NCBI GenBank assembly: GCA_963826525.1
Contig: CAWGXH010000003.1
Span: forward strand, 544,001 to 608,000
Reading direction: 5' to 3'
DNA: 64,000 nucleotides
Origin: an uncultured Methanomicrobiaceae archaeon
Lineage (GTDB): Archaea; Halobacteriota; Methanomicrobia; Methanomicrobiales; Methanoculleaceae
Shown here: positions 1 to 10,070 of the stretch, one piece after another
Layout: every line of letters starts with the position of its first letter
Position numbering within the stretch: the stretch's first letter is position 1
The notes under the pieces: generated by a model
The model's database searches: none
Told to the model about the DNA's origin: nothing
Seen by the model: only the letters and a program-made list of their open reading frames with translations
Made by a program: the position numbers and the translations under genes

Positions 1-129
1 CGTCACTATCAAGCGGCAGATGGGGGACACCGAGGAGGAGGCGCAGCGGATCATCGAATCGCTCGGCCGGCTGAAACCGCCCGGGGAGCGGCGCGAGTAG
101 GAACGGCCTGCCTGCGGTCGACCGATGGA

Positions 130-981
130 TTACGCGGCTGAATCCGCCTTCTCCCACCACACCTTCACCCGGGTCGAATGGCCGGGCACGATGATGGTAT
201 CCCCGTCCTGTTCGGCATAGCGGCTCAGGTACTGCCGGAGTATCTCTTTCTGCCCGGCTGTCTCGGCGAAGGATCGCGGAGCGAAGTGATCGACCGCCTC
301 GGCCAGGTCTGCAAACCGGTTGATGTGCCGGAGGGGAAATACCTCGATGTTCGGGTAGATGCCCATCGAATACAGTACATTGTAGAGGACGTCGCATTTC
401 GGGGAGGAAACGAACGACGAGCCGTGGAGGAGAGGCCAGAGTTCGCGTGACATCGCGTCCCACGACGTCTCTCCGGCAAACCAGTAGATGTATACGTACC
501 GGGAGGAGGCCTCCTCCAGTTTTCTGACGGCATCCCTGATATCGGGCACATCCAGGGAGTACGACGCAAAGACGATATCGTACGGCGGACTGAGATCCTC
601 CACCACGCCGACGTCCTCCCACCGTTTCCGGACAACGCCGATGTTGTCGATCCGCTCCCCTTCGACGTTCTCCTCGAGCACCGACCACATCCCCTCCGAG
701 GGTTCGACGGCCGTAACGTGCCCGACCTGTCTGGCAATGGGAATGGCAAGAGCTCCTGGGCCGGCTCCGACGTCGAGCACACGCGACGAGGGTGTTAAAG
801 GGAGGTCCCGGAGAGTTTTCCGGATCCGTTCTCCGTTGTTCTCCTGCGCCATTCTATAGAACCTGCGTGCCACCTCTTTCGTGTCCCAGAACTGCGCGTC
901 CGTAGAGTTTCTGTTCGCCTCGTGGTGCCGTCTCCGCTGTTCTTTCCATACGTCGTTCCAGTCAATCGCGTGCGCTTTCAT
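130..981 (-). CDS. Class I SAM-dependent methyltransferase
   Basis: 283-aa ORF with motif I VLDVGAGPG, VTAVEPS and YDIVFAS. Confidence 0.9.
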   Translation of the reverse strand: MKAHAIDWNDVWKEQRRRHHEANRNSTDAQFWDTKEVARRFYRMAQENNGERIRKTLRDLPLTPSSRVLDVGAGPGALAIPIARQVGHVTAVEPSEGMWSVLEENVEGERIDNIGVVRKRWEDVGVVEDLSPPYDIVFASYSLDVPDIRDAVRKLEEASSRYVYIYWFAGETSWDAMSRELWPLLHGSSFVSSPKCDVLYNVLYSMGIYPNIEVFPLRHINRFADLAEAVDHFAPRSFAETAGQKEILRQYLSRYAEQDGDTIIVPGHSTRVKVWWEKADSAA

Positions 982-1353
982 GGGTATCTTCCCGTTATGT
1001 GAATCTGATTATCGTGATGAATCGATCCGTCATCTGTTTCTCTTTGCTCCTGCCGATGCCGGAAAACCTCCGGATCTCCTGATGACCATCGCGGCGTGGG
1101 GCGCGAACCGCCCTGCATCGACGGGATAGGTGTAGCGAATCCCGTCGTTGCCGCAGATCATGCAGAGAGGCCGGGCGGATTCGAGGTCTATATCCCCCCT
1201 CCCCGGTGGCAGTTACATACTTCACACTAATATTCAATTTGTTATTACTTTTTTCATTTTACAACGCTCTTTTTTCATCCGCCTGCCTTCCTGACCGGAG
1301 GGAGATTTCGGGCAGGTGCAGAACGCATCGTGTCCCGGGGGGTTTGGTGTTAC

Positions 1354-1383
1354 ACTACTAGAGAAAATATTTTACTTAGTGGT
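1354..1383. promoter_or_regulatory. Imperfect palindrome, putative operator in divergent promoter region
   Basis: ACTACTA-gagAAAATATTTTact-TAGTGGT: 11 of 15 positions pair, 16-bp AT-rich spacer, in an AT-rich intergenic region between divergent genes. Confidence 0.4.
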
Positions 1384-1502
1384 ATTTATTGTCCTCTAAC
1401 AAACTATTCAATATGTATTAGGTGCATGTTTATGATATCGCCACCGCCCGGCAGTGGTTTGGGGTGCCGTTGCCGGGCGAAGGGATCCGGTGTTCGGGAG
1501 CC

Positions 1503-2459
1503 ATGTACGACAGTATCGTTCAGACGGTGACGCTGGCAGCCGGCCTGCTCGGCGAGATGGTTCCGATGATGGTCGTCGGCGTCTTTCTCGCCGAGCTGCT
1601 CGTCGCCCTGAAGGTCGCCGGGAGGATTGCGGCTCTCTCCCGCCCGCTCACCTCATTCGCCTGCCTCCGTGAGGAGTGCGGCACCAGTTTTCTCATGGCC
1701 TTCGTCTCTCCTCCTGCCGCCAACGCCATGCTGGTGGACTACCATGCGAAGCAGATCATTACCCGGAACGAACTCGTCATCGCTGCCGTCATGAACTCGT
1801 TTCCGACGGTCGTCATGCACTGGCGATACCTCCTCCCGGTCTATATTCCGCTCCTCGGCATCCCCGGCCTCATCTATTTCGGCCTGCTGATGCTGGTGGG
1901 CCTTGCAAAGACCGTGGTCGTCATGGTCACCGGGCGGGCCGTCCTCACACCCGCTCCCGCCGCTGCGGCCGGTTTCGTGGAGGAGCCGGCCGTCACGTTT
2001 CGCGAAGCCCTGAAAGCGGCATGCGTCTCTTCCCAAAAGACCCTGACACGCCTGCTCAAAGTCACCGTCCCCACCATCGTCATCGTGGCGTTCCTCATCA
2101 ACGCGGGTACGTTCGACCGGCTTGCCGGGATGATGCAGGGTGCAGGCGGGTTCTTCCCGGTTCCCCCGGAAGGCTTCGCCATCATTGCCGCCCAGTTCGG
2201 CAGTTTCGTTGCCGGAGCGAGCGTCGCGTCCGCCCTGCTCGCTGCCGGGGATATGACCTGGCAGCAGATCGTCCTTACCCTGCTCGTCGGCAACATTCTC
2301 ACCAGCGTGACGCGGAGCATCCGCTGGTTCGGTTCGTCGTATGCGGCAATATTCGGGATGCGGACCGGCACGGCGATCATGGTGATCTCGACCGCGCTTC
2401 GGAACGGCATCATGGCGGTACTGGTCGTCGTGCTGGCCTACGGCCTGGGCTGGGGATGA
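1503..2459 (+). CDS. Nucleoside-recognition (Gate) domain membrane protein
   Basis: Polytopic hydrophobic ORF, AFVSPPAANAML motif, two repeated halves; ATG at 1503 preferred over the upstream GTG. Confidence 0.75.
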   Translation: MYDSIVQTVTLAAGLLGEMVPMMVVGVFLAELLVALKVAGRIAALSRPLTSFACLREECGTSFLMAFVSPPAANAMLVDYHAKQIITRNELVIAAVMNSFPTVVMHWRYLLPVYIPLLGIPGLIYFGLLMLVGLAKTVVVMVTGRAVLTPAPAAAAGFVEEPAVTFREALKAACVSSQKTLTRLLKVTVPTIVIVAFLINAGTFDRLAGMMQGAGGFFPVPPEGFAIIAAQFGSFVAGASVASALLAAGDMTWQQIVLTLLVGNILTSVTRSIRWFGSSYAAIFGMRTGTAIMVISTALRNGIMAVLVVVLAYGLGWG

Positions 2460-2578
2460 GGGTTTGCCGGTGCAGCGTCAGGTCTTGTCTCTGAGGGTGT
2501 TCACCCTCCGCGACGCATAGTGCAACCTCATCTCTCGAATACAAAGGCAATTATGCCTGCCGACGAGAAAGGTACATA

Positions 2579-3890
2579 ATGCCTCCCGCACCCGTCCGCT
2601 ATCCGGCGCCCGCGTTCGACGTCTTCAACGTCTATTTCGAGCGGATCTACGATCCGACGATGCACATCCTCTTCGCATTCGACGGCGAGCTCGACGAGGC
2701 GGTCATGAAGGAGGCGACGCAGCGGCTGATCGCCTCGAACCCCTATCTCCGGTCACGGTTCGCGGTGGTGGACGGCCTTCCCGTCTGGGAGGAGACTCCT
2801 GAGGAGCAATGGGAGGGGGCGTTCTCCCTCGTCCCGGCCGGCGATTATGAGCGCGAGCCCCTCGCCGTGCCCCCGGCGCCGCTCGACGTCCGCTCAGGGC
2901 CGCAGATGCGGGTCACGCTCTACCGGCGAAGAGGCGGAGACCTGCTGGCCGTCACCTGCCATCACGGCTTCTGCGATGCCCACGGTGCCGCCACCCTTGC
3001 ACGGCAGACTCTTTGCAGTCTATAGGGGAATTCTGGAGGGCCCTGACTATAGGCCTGCCCTCACGGGTGCCTACGATCGGAGCACGGATGGAATCCTGGC
3101 GCTCTATTCCGAGAACGAGCGAAGACAGGAGCAGGGCGAGGAAGGGCCCTTCGTCGACCGGTGGCGCTTTCCGAACGAGCGGACCCGCCGGGGGACGCCC
3201 CGCATCGCCTACCGGACGCTCCCGCCCGAGCGCCTCCGGGCCGCAAAGGAGTTTTGCAGACAGCACGGGTCTACGGTGAACGATCTCCTCATCGGCGCGT
3301 ACTTCCTCGCCCTCATGCGGATCCGCGGCGACCCTTCCGACCCGGGAGCGTCCCGCTCGATCCTGACCTCGGCGGACCTCCGCAGCGGGTACCTCGATCA
3401 CCCGGAGGAGTGCCCGCCGATGAACCTCTCCGTCGCCTTCGAGGTCGCCCTCTCGCTCCCGGAGGGTGCAGATCTTGCGGATGTCATCGGCCGGGTGACG
3501 GCGGTAATGGCCCCCCGCAAGGCAGGGAACCTCGGCCTTGGATGTATTCTCTTCTACGAAGATGTCATGGTGGGCGGGATGCCGGCGGTGGATGCGTTCT
3601 TCGACGAGATGATGGAACGGTATCAAGCGTCCTGCCAGAAGAACCCGGTCTTCTCCAACCTCGGGATCATCGACCCCGACGACTACCTGCCCGTTCCCGG
3701 GAAGAGCGGCGCTCCCCTCGACCTTCGGGACGTCCGGTACCTCCCCTGCGTCTGCTGGCCGTACGGGTTTCTGATGACGGCCTCCACCTTCCGTGGCCGC
3801 ATGACGATCACGGTGGCATATGAGGAAGGGCCGTACGCGGCGGCCACCGTGGAGCGGTTCCTCGGGTACGTGGACGAGTACCTCCCGTGA
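2579..3890 (+). CDS. Stand-alone condensation-domain / CoA-dependent acyltransferase (frameshift near 3005)
   Basis: HHxxxD motif (TCHHGFCDAHG) in the first frame; STVNDLL and FSNLG motifs in the second frame (2847..3890 ORF). Confidence 0.8.
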
Positions 3891-4403
3891 TCCCGAACGG
3901 TGCCGACCGGAAATGTGGCGGATGCGGGCGAGGGGGAATTACCGCGGCCCTTCGATCGTATCCTTCGCCTCGCCGGAGCCTCCGGCCGACTCATATAGCC
4001 TTCCGTTTGGACGTCGGGTAGCCGCTCTCTTCCGTATATACCTGATAGGAAGGCGCACTCAGTTGTTCGGCCATCTCTTCTCCCGGGCTGCGGTCTTTGG
4101 TGATCCTGACGGTATGGTATGGTTCGCTCAGGGCAGCGTGCGGGGAGCACCGGTCAAAGCGTGGTTGAACACGATCCCGGAGGAAGTTCTGCAGTTTCCT
4201 CCCAAAGATGCCTCGCGGCGGACTCATGCGTGCGAGCAGCACCTCCCGGCCGGCTCGTCGTTCCGCGGCGGATCTGCCCCTTCGATACGGAAGCAAACGA
4301 TACGTCGAGTTACCGAAAAGACTATGATCCACGAGTGCTTTAATCGTCCACCCTCGGTTTGTCGGACGACGAGCAGCTGCGAGGGGTGGAGGAGGAGTAC
4401 ACC

Positions 4404-5087
4404 ATGGTGCTGTCAGACGAAGAGATAAAAAAACGAATTGTCGACGAGCTGTCCTGGGACACCAGTATCGATGCCTCGAAGGTCCAGGTAAAGGTTGATG
4501 ACGGGGGGGTAACGCTCTCCGGAGCAGTAACTTCCTATGCCGATCGGCGAAGGGCCGAGGATGCCGCGTGCAGGATAACGGATGTTTCATGGGTGGACGA
4601 TCAACTTTCCGTTAGGTTCCTGCCGACCGTGACCGTTCCCGACGATGCCGACATTCGGCAGACCGTATTGAACTACCTCTCCGACAATCCCGACCTGGAT
4701 ATGAGCGATATCCGGGTATCGGTGGGAATCGGCATCGTTACCCTGGAAGGTTCGGTGGACGAGTACTGGAAGAAGTATGAGGCGGAACGCCTCGTCTCCA
4801 GGGCACGAGGGGTCATCGACGTCATCAACGAGATCACCGTGGTCCCGACCATGAGCATTGCCGACAGGGCGATTGCGGATGACGTTCGGTCGGCACTAGA
4901 GCGCAATTTCAATGTGGATATCGAGGATGTGACTATCGAGGTGGAGGACGGCGTGGTGACCCTGTCCGGGACGGTCCCGAACTGGACTGCCCGGCGGGCG
5001 GCACGAACCGCGGCGGAGCTCACCAGGGGAGTCGTGGATGTCATCGATCAGTTGACCATCCGGACTGCTTCGGCGATACCGGCATAG
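4404..5087 (+). CDS. BON domain protein (three BON repeats)
   Basis: Three repeats of D..I...V...L...V.V..G.VTLxGxV......A...A....GVxxVxxxL; GGAGGAG upstream of the ATG. Confidence 0.9.
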   Translation: MVLSDEEIKKRIVDELSWDTSIDASKVQVKVDDGGVTLSGAVTSYADRRRAEDAACRITDVSWVDDQLSVRFLPTVTVPDDADIRQTVLNYLSDNPDLDMSDIRVSVGIGIVTLEGSVDEYWKKYEAERLVSRARGVIDVINEITVVPTMSIADRAIADDVRSALERNFNVDIEDVTIEVEDGVVTLSGTVPNWTARRAARTAAELTRGVVDVIDQLTIRTASAIPA

Positions 5088-5105
5088 GCATACCGTTCGT
5101 GAACT

Positions 5106-5140
5106 GCCCCGCGCCTCCCGGGCGGGGCTTCCTGCTTTTC
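5106..5140 (+). terminator. Hairpin plus pyrimidine tract after the BON gene
   Basis: GCCCCGC...GCGGGGC stem followed by TTCCTGCTTTTC. Confidence 0.45.
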
Positions 5141-5286
5141 TGACGATAGGTGCATCACCGGGGTGTGATGGAGAGGCATCGTCTCCGCAGGCTCAAGAGG
5201 ACTGCTGCAGGGTTTTTCCACCGGCAGTTCTCTCATGCTCCCTGCGATCCGGTTGCGGGTTACGGATTTTACCGGCAGCGATTTGA

Positions 5287-5640
5287 ATGTTTTTCGCCCC
5301 CATCCTCGCGCTCGTGGATGAAATGCTGACGGAAGAACCCTGGGAGGAGTTTTTAACGGTTTTTTCCGGCAGGTATGCCTTCTATGCACCTGATGACGAG
5401 CGGAAAACGCTGGAAGAGGCGGGGCTCACCCCCCTGCGGGTCGAGCTGATCCCGAAGGAGATGGTCTTTGAAGAACCGGACGACCTGGCTCCTGTACCTG
5501 GAGCGGCTGCCCGAACAGGCGCGGTCGGCTTTCATCGCCGGCGTGGTGGACCGCTACGTGAGCAGATACCCCCCGGCCGACGACTGCATTCATATCCCGA
5601 CGATTCTGCCGTATCTCCTGAATCTGAACGGTATCCTTCA
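5287..5640 (+). pseudogene. C-terminal relic of a SAM-dependent (trans-aconitate-type) methyltransferase
   Basis: YAFYAPDD..LEEAGLTPLRVELIPKEM, then in a shifted frame TTWLLYLERLPE..AFIAGVVDRYVSRYP; no SAM-binding N-terminus. Confidence 0.5.
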
Positions 5641-5680
5641 GGTTGTATCTCCGCCGGAACCCGCCCTCCGGTATCGGCGT

Positions 5681-5696
5681 TAAAACCGGAAAAGAG
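5681..5696. repeat. 16-bp element, copy 1 (TAAAACCGGAAAAGAG)
   Basis: Identical to 15253..15268; both lie just downstream of PAS-DHp-like genes. Confidence 0.7.
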
Positions 5697-5739
5697 ATGT
5701 AATTTGCCTATATTTCAGGACGGGGTGGGTTTTATCCCC

Positions 5740-6939
5740 TCATGCCAGATCGTTGCGCCGGAGGAACTCCCGGATTGCCCGGGACTCGACCCATCCCTCG
5801 TCGAGCTGCCTGACGATATCGTTGATCCGCCTCACCTGCTCCCGGATACTCACGGCGGTCTTCTCGTCGTCGAGCAGGTCTGCCCGGGCCAGGATCACCT
5901 GCAGGGGATGGCGGACGTGGTCGCCGAGGATGGCGAACTGTTCCATGTTCTGTTCGATCTGAGTATACGCCTGGCGCCGGATCGCTTCGTGGTGTTTCCG
6001 CTCGGTGACGTCGTGGGCGACGACCGTCGCACCGAGCGGCCTCCCCTGCTCGTCAGCGGTGAACGTTACGTCCAGGACCGCATTGATTGTCCGGTTATCC
6101 TTCGTTCTTATTGAATATTCGACATTCCTATCCGGTTCTTCCCCGCTCATCCATCCGGAGATTCTGGCCTGGAAACGAGTCCTGCCTTCCTCATCCGTAA
6201 TATCGAACGGATCCATCGCAAGCAGCTCTCCCCGGCTGTACCCGAGCATCTGGCACATGGCATCATTTACCGAGGTAAATCTCCTGGTCCTGAAATCAAT
6301 CTCATAGATCCCCGTCGGCGCAGATCGGACGAGTTCCCTGTATTTCCGTTCGGCCTCTTTGAGCGCTTCTTCTGCTCGTCTCCGCTCGGTGATATCCAGG
6401 AAGACGGCGACACCATACCGGATTGCCCCTCCCGGACACGTGATGGGCGCAGCGCTGACCGCCAGAAACCCGGTGGTGCCGTCCGCCCGGACGAATGCGA
6501 TCTCCTCGTTTGTGATCTGCTCTCCCCTGGCGATCGACCGGGAGAGCGGCCACTCGTCAGGCCTGTATGGGCGGCCGTCAGGGTGCAACCCGATCTCTCC
6601 GAACCGCTCCTGCAACTCGTCGGCGGGGAGGTGATGCTGCCGCAGGATGCGGTTGACCTGTTTATTGCCGAGGACGAGCCTTCCGGACGGTGCTTCTGCG
6701 ACGACCACGCCGGCCGGCATCTGGTCGATCACCGCCCGGAGCATGGCACGCTCGGTCTCGACCTCATCCGTGAGACGCTCGCACTCCTGCTCGGCTTCGC
6801 GGGCACGTTCTTCAAGTGCGCCGATCCGGTCTACAAGAGTATCGATGAGGCGGCGATCGGCGGGATCAGCCCGTTCCCGGAGTCTCTGCAGGGCGGCATG
6901 CCCCTGTTCGTCTGCGTGCGTCTTGGCGGATCCGCTCAT
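5740..6939 (-). CDS. PAS-PAS protein ending in an ATPase-less HisKA/DHp-like domain
   Basis: Coiled coil, two PAS/PAC domains (DITERRRAEE, HDVTERK), C-terminus EQFAILGDHVRHPLQV...LDEGWVESRAIREFLRR. Confidence 0.88.
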   Translation of the reverse strand: MSGSAKTHADEQGHAALQRLRERADPADRRLIDTLVDRIGALEERAREAEQECERLTDEVETERAMLRAVIDQMPAGVVVAEAPSGRLVLGNKQVNRILRQHHLPADELQERFGEIGLHPDGRPYRPDEWPLSRSIARGEQITNEEIAFVRADGTTGFLAVSAAPITCPGGAIRYGVAVFLDITERRRAEEALKEAERKYRELVRSAPTGIYEIDFRTRRFTSVNDAMCQMLGYSRGELLAMDPFDITDEEGRTRFQARISGWMSGEEPDRNVEYSIRTKDNRTINAVLDVTFTADEQGRPLGATVVAHDVTERKHHEAIRRQAYTQIEQNMEQFAILGDHVRHPLQVILARADLLDDEKTAVSIREQVRRINDIVRQLDEGWVESRAIREFLRRNDLA

Positions 6940-7016
6940 GCATACACCTCGTGTATCCCCTGATCTTCACCGCCAGCCTTCATGACCTTTCCGCTTCCGG
7001 GCACGATCCCCTTCGC

Positions 7017-8729
7017 TCAGGCACGATCCGCCTTCCGAAGCGTGAACCGGAACGCCGCTCCTCAGGGACCCGTACTCATCGACCCAGACCTTCCCGCCGC
7101 AGCGCTCGACGAGCGTCCGGACGATGAAGAGCCCGAGGCCTTCGCCGCTCCCCCTGGCCAAGCCCCGCTCGAACCGGGTGAAGAGTTTTTCCTTCACCTC
7201 GTCCGGGATACCCAGGCCGGTATCCTCGACGAGACCAGCACCTCGGTGTCCTGCCCCTTGACCAGGATGTCGATCTTGACACCGGGACCGCCGTGTTTCA
7301 CGGCGTTGCCGATGAGGTTCGTGAAGACAGTCGGGAGGAGACCGTCTGCCAGCACATCGACCGGCGAGCCGTCATAGCGGATCGATGCACCGGGGAAGGC
7401 TTCAATCTCACTTCGGATGACGGCATCGAGGTTCACCGGCACCAGGTTGCCGGTCTCCTCCGAAGCCCGCCGGATGGTGGCGACATTTCGGAGGATCTCG
7501 CTGCTCCGGTCGATGCTGTCGTGCAGTTTTCGGGCGTAGAGCCTACTGATCGCCCGCAAGCCAGTTCGACCAGGAGGTCGGCGTACATGCTCGAGACGTT
7601 GTTCGCATTCCGGACATCGTGCGTCATGATGTCGACGTACATGTTCGCCTCGTCGCGTGCCGCCTCAACCTCCTGACTCTTCCTGATAAGGTCGTCGGTG
7701 CGGCGCTGAAGTGCGTCTTCCGTACGTTTCCGGTCGGTGATATCGATAAAAACCCCTACCGCGCCAGTGGGACCTGCCGTTCTCATCCAGCAGCGGTACG
7801 GCATTGCCGAGCAGGTGGTTAACCGTCCCGTCATCAAAGGCCATATCGAGTTCGAACATCTCTACCGGCCGGCCGGTGGCGGCGGCTCTCTGAATCGGAA
7901 GTTCCTCCGGCGGAATCTCGACGCCGTCTTTCATCAGACGGAAATGCTCCGGCCGCTCTCCTTCGGGTGCTGATTTTGAGAGGTTGCTTCCCGGTGGCAT
8001 ACGGAGCAGATCGTAAGTGTATCTGCTGCCGAAGATGGATCGGCATTCGGGATCGAGTGCGATGAGGACCACGGCCGGCACCGCTTCCATGACCGCTTGC
8101 AGCTCCTGCGCCCGCCTCCGCTCCCGCTCTTCGCTCTCCCGGAGCGCCCTCTCCGCAGCCTGCACCTGGCGGGAGATATCGGTGACGGCAACCCGGAGCC
8201 GGGGCGTATCGCCGCCTGCGACGCTCTTCCCCTCGAGCAGCACCCAGGCGGGTTCGCCCTCCGCCCGCTTCAGCCGGACGTCGCAGGCCGTTTTCGTATC
8301 CGCATTCCTTGTCCGGGCAAGGAACTCGTTGAACGGCTGGATATGCTCCCGTTCGAGGAAGAACTGCAGCCGTGCTCCGATCAGCCGTGCCCGTTCCCTG
8401 CCGAGCAGCGACGCCCCGGCGAAGTTCGTCTCCAGGATCTCGCCCTTCAGATCCAGCGTGAAATACCCGATCGGCGCGAAGTCGTAGAGGTCGCGGTACT
8501 TCTCTTCGGAGATCTGCAGGTCGCGGTGCATCTCCTGCAGCGCCTCGTTCTGGAGCTCGAGTTCGACCTGGTGCACCTCGAGCTCGTGGCAGAGTCTTCG
8601 CACGTCCTGCTCCGGAAGGTCGCCGGCGTGTCCTTTCTCCCGCACTTCATCCTCGGCGCGTCGCCGGAGGTCTGGGTCTGACGATCTCTCCTGTATGGTG
8701 ATCAGTTCACTCGGGTGCGGTCTCCTCAT
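7017..8729 (-). CDS. PAS-PAS sensor histidine kinase (about 4 frameshifts)
   Basis: ELEVHQVELELQNEAL coil, two PAS domains, H-box DIMTHDVRN, N-box NLIGNAVKHGG, G2 GEGLGL and GAAFRFTL, spread over four frames. Confidence 0.8.
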
Positions 8730-9039
8730 CCGTTTCACCGCCCTCTGCTTCCGGACGGCCGGTGATGTCCTCGATGGCGAGCAGGATCAGGTTGGGCCGG
8801 TTGCGAAGGGGATCCGCCGGCATATGCGTGAAGAACTGTTCGAGCGCCTGCAGCCCTCCCGACGATGCCCCGATCCCGACGATGCCCCGATCCCGACGAT
8901 GCCCCGATCCCGACGATGCCCCGATCCCGACGATGGCGCGAGGTACTTCGCTCGATCGACCCCGGATTCGTGTGTGTTCCTGGTCTCTGTATTCTGCGTC
9001 ATGGGTCGTTTCCCGAAAAATTTTGCCGAAGGTTTCCAT
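8707..9039 (-). pseudogene. Internally deleted CheB/CheR fusion relic
   Basis: CheB N-terminal motif IVGIGASSGGLQALEQFFTHMP joined almost directly to the PAC-type tail LILLAIEDIT; overlaps the start of the downstream kinase. Confidence 0.75.
8858..8935. repeat. 17-bp tandem repeat, 4 perfect copies plus partial flanks
   Basis: GATGCCCCGATCCCGAC at 8864, 8881, 8898 and 8915. Confidence 0.97.
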
Positions 9040-9760
9040 CTCCCCTTGCCGTGCACCACCGCCGGTGGAAGGGAGGTGCCGGGTTGCTATATTAATATAG
9101 AGTGGGTGGGCGATGCTGCTTTAACTCTTCGTTCGCACCACACCTCTCCTCTGAGATGCGTTCTCTGGGAGAAAAACCCTGCAGGGCGGCCTGCGTAGGC
9201 GAACAGAGCGTTTCGAGGGACAGGTTTGCGTTTCCCCCGACGCTTTCGCTGCACACGGAAAATGCGCCCCTCGTGGGGGCGGCAAAAGAATGTTCGCAGA
9301 ATAGCCCTCTTCCAGGACGGAAGAGAGGGGGCGACCCCTCTCACCCGAGCGCCGGCATGCCGTCCGCCGGAGGCGCTCTGACCGTGGTGCGGATAGCGTC
9401 GTCCTGCTAGGCTCGTGATCCGGACCGCATCACGGGAGAACGTGATGTAGTAGATCTCGCCGGACGGGTCGTGGCAGTGTTGGACCATCTGTTAGGAGAT
9501 GATTCGCTATCCGGCAGTATAGGCAACTTCGATATCTTTCTGATTGCAGATCAACTACCCCGCCGATCCCGCGTCCGCCCGGAGCATCGCATCGCGCGCG
9601 AGATGCCCGGTTTACGTCTGAAAACGCTAAAGTTATGCACGTGCACGCATTTCCGGCCGAAAGGGGGTGTCCCCTCCTCTCCCGGCCCCGGAGGACACTT
9701 CCCCAATTTCGACACCCTCAACGCCGATACCGCGCAGTCATGCGCAGTCATGTACTGCGT

Positions 9761-9976
9761 TCAGAACTCTTCATTGATGCCGAATCCGTACGCTCGCAGA
9801 ATCGCGCTGCCTCGCTGTTCGGGATACGCCGTCAGTACGAGCCCCCGATCTTCGAGAAAGCGTTCGGCAGTCGCGATAGAGATGATCTCCAGGCTTTCGT
9901 CTTCACCGGGGTAATTCGACCATTCATACAGGTAGTAGAGATCCGGCATGCCCCCCCTGTTCGTGGAGATCAGCAC
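9761..9976 (-). CDS. Small hypothetical protein or 5'-truncated gene
   Basis: Protein-like composition; the frame stays open about 17 codons further upstream to a TAA next to the adh leader. Confidence 0.35.
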   Translation of the reverse strand: MLISTNRGGMPDLYYLYEWSNYPGEDESLEIISIATAERFLEDRGLVLTAYPEQRGSAILRAYGFGINEEF

Positions 9977-10070
9977 CTCGCCGTCCCGGAAGTGCGAAGT
10001 GCTCAGGATCGCTCCGACCCTGTCTTTTTATAGCAGTCCGTCTTCACTGCCGGGGTGAAGGGGGGAGAAG

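Noticed and set aside
1-100. 3' end of a plus-strand gene at the window start (TAG near 98-100)
   Set aside because: Only about 32 codons visible; too short to assign.
3900-4400. ORFs between the acyltransferase and BON genes
   Set aside because: Arg/Pro/Ser-rich translations with no motif; likely non-coding.
8858-8935. Possible CRISPR array
   Set aside because: Head-to-tail 17-mers with no spacers; no cas genes in the window.
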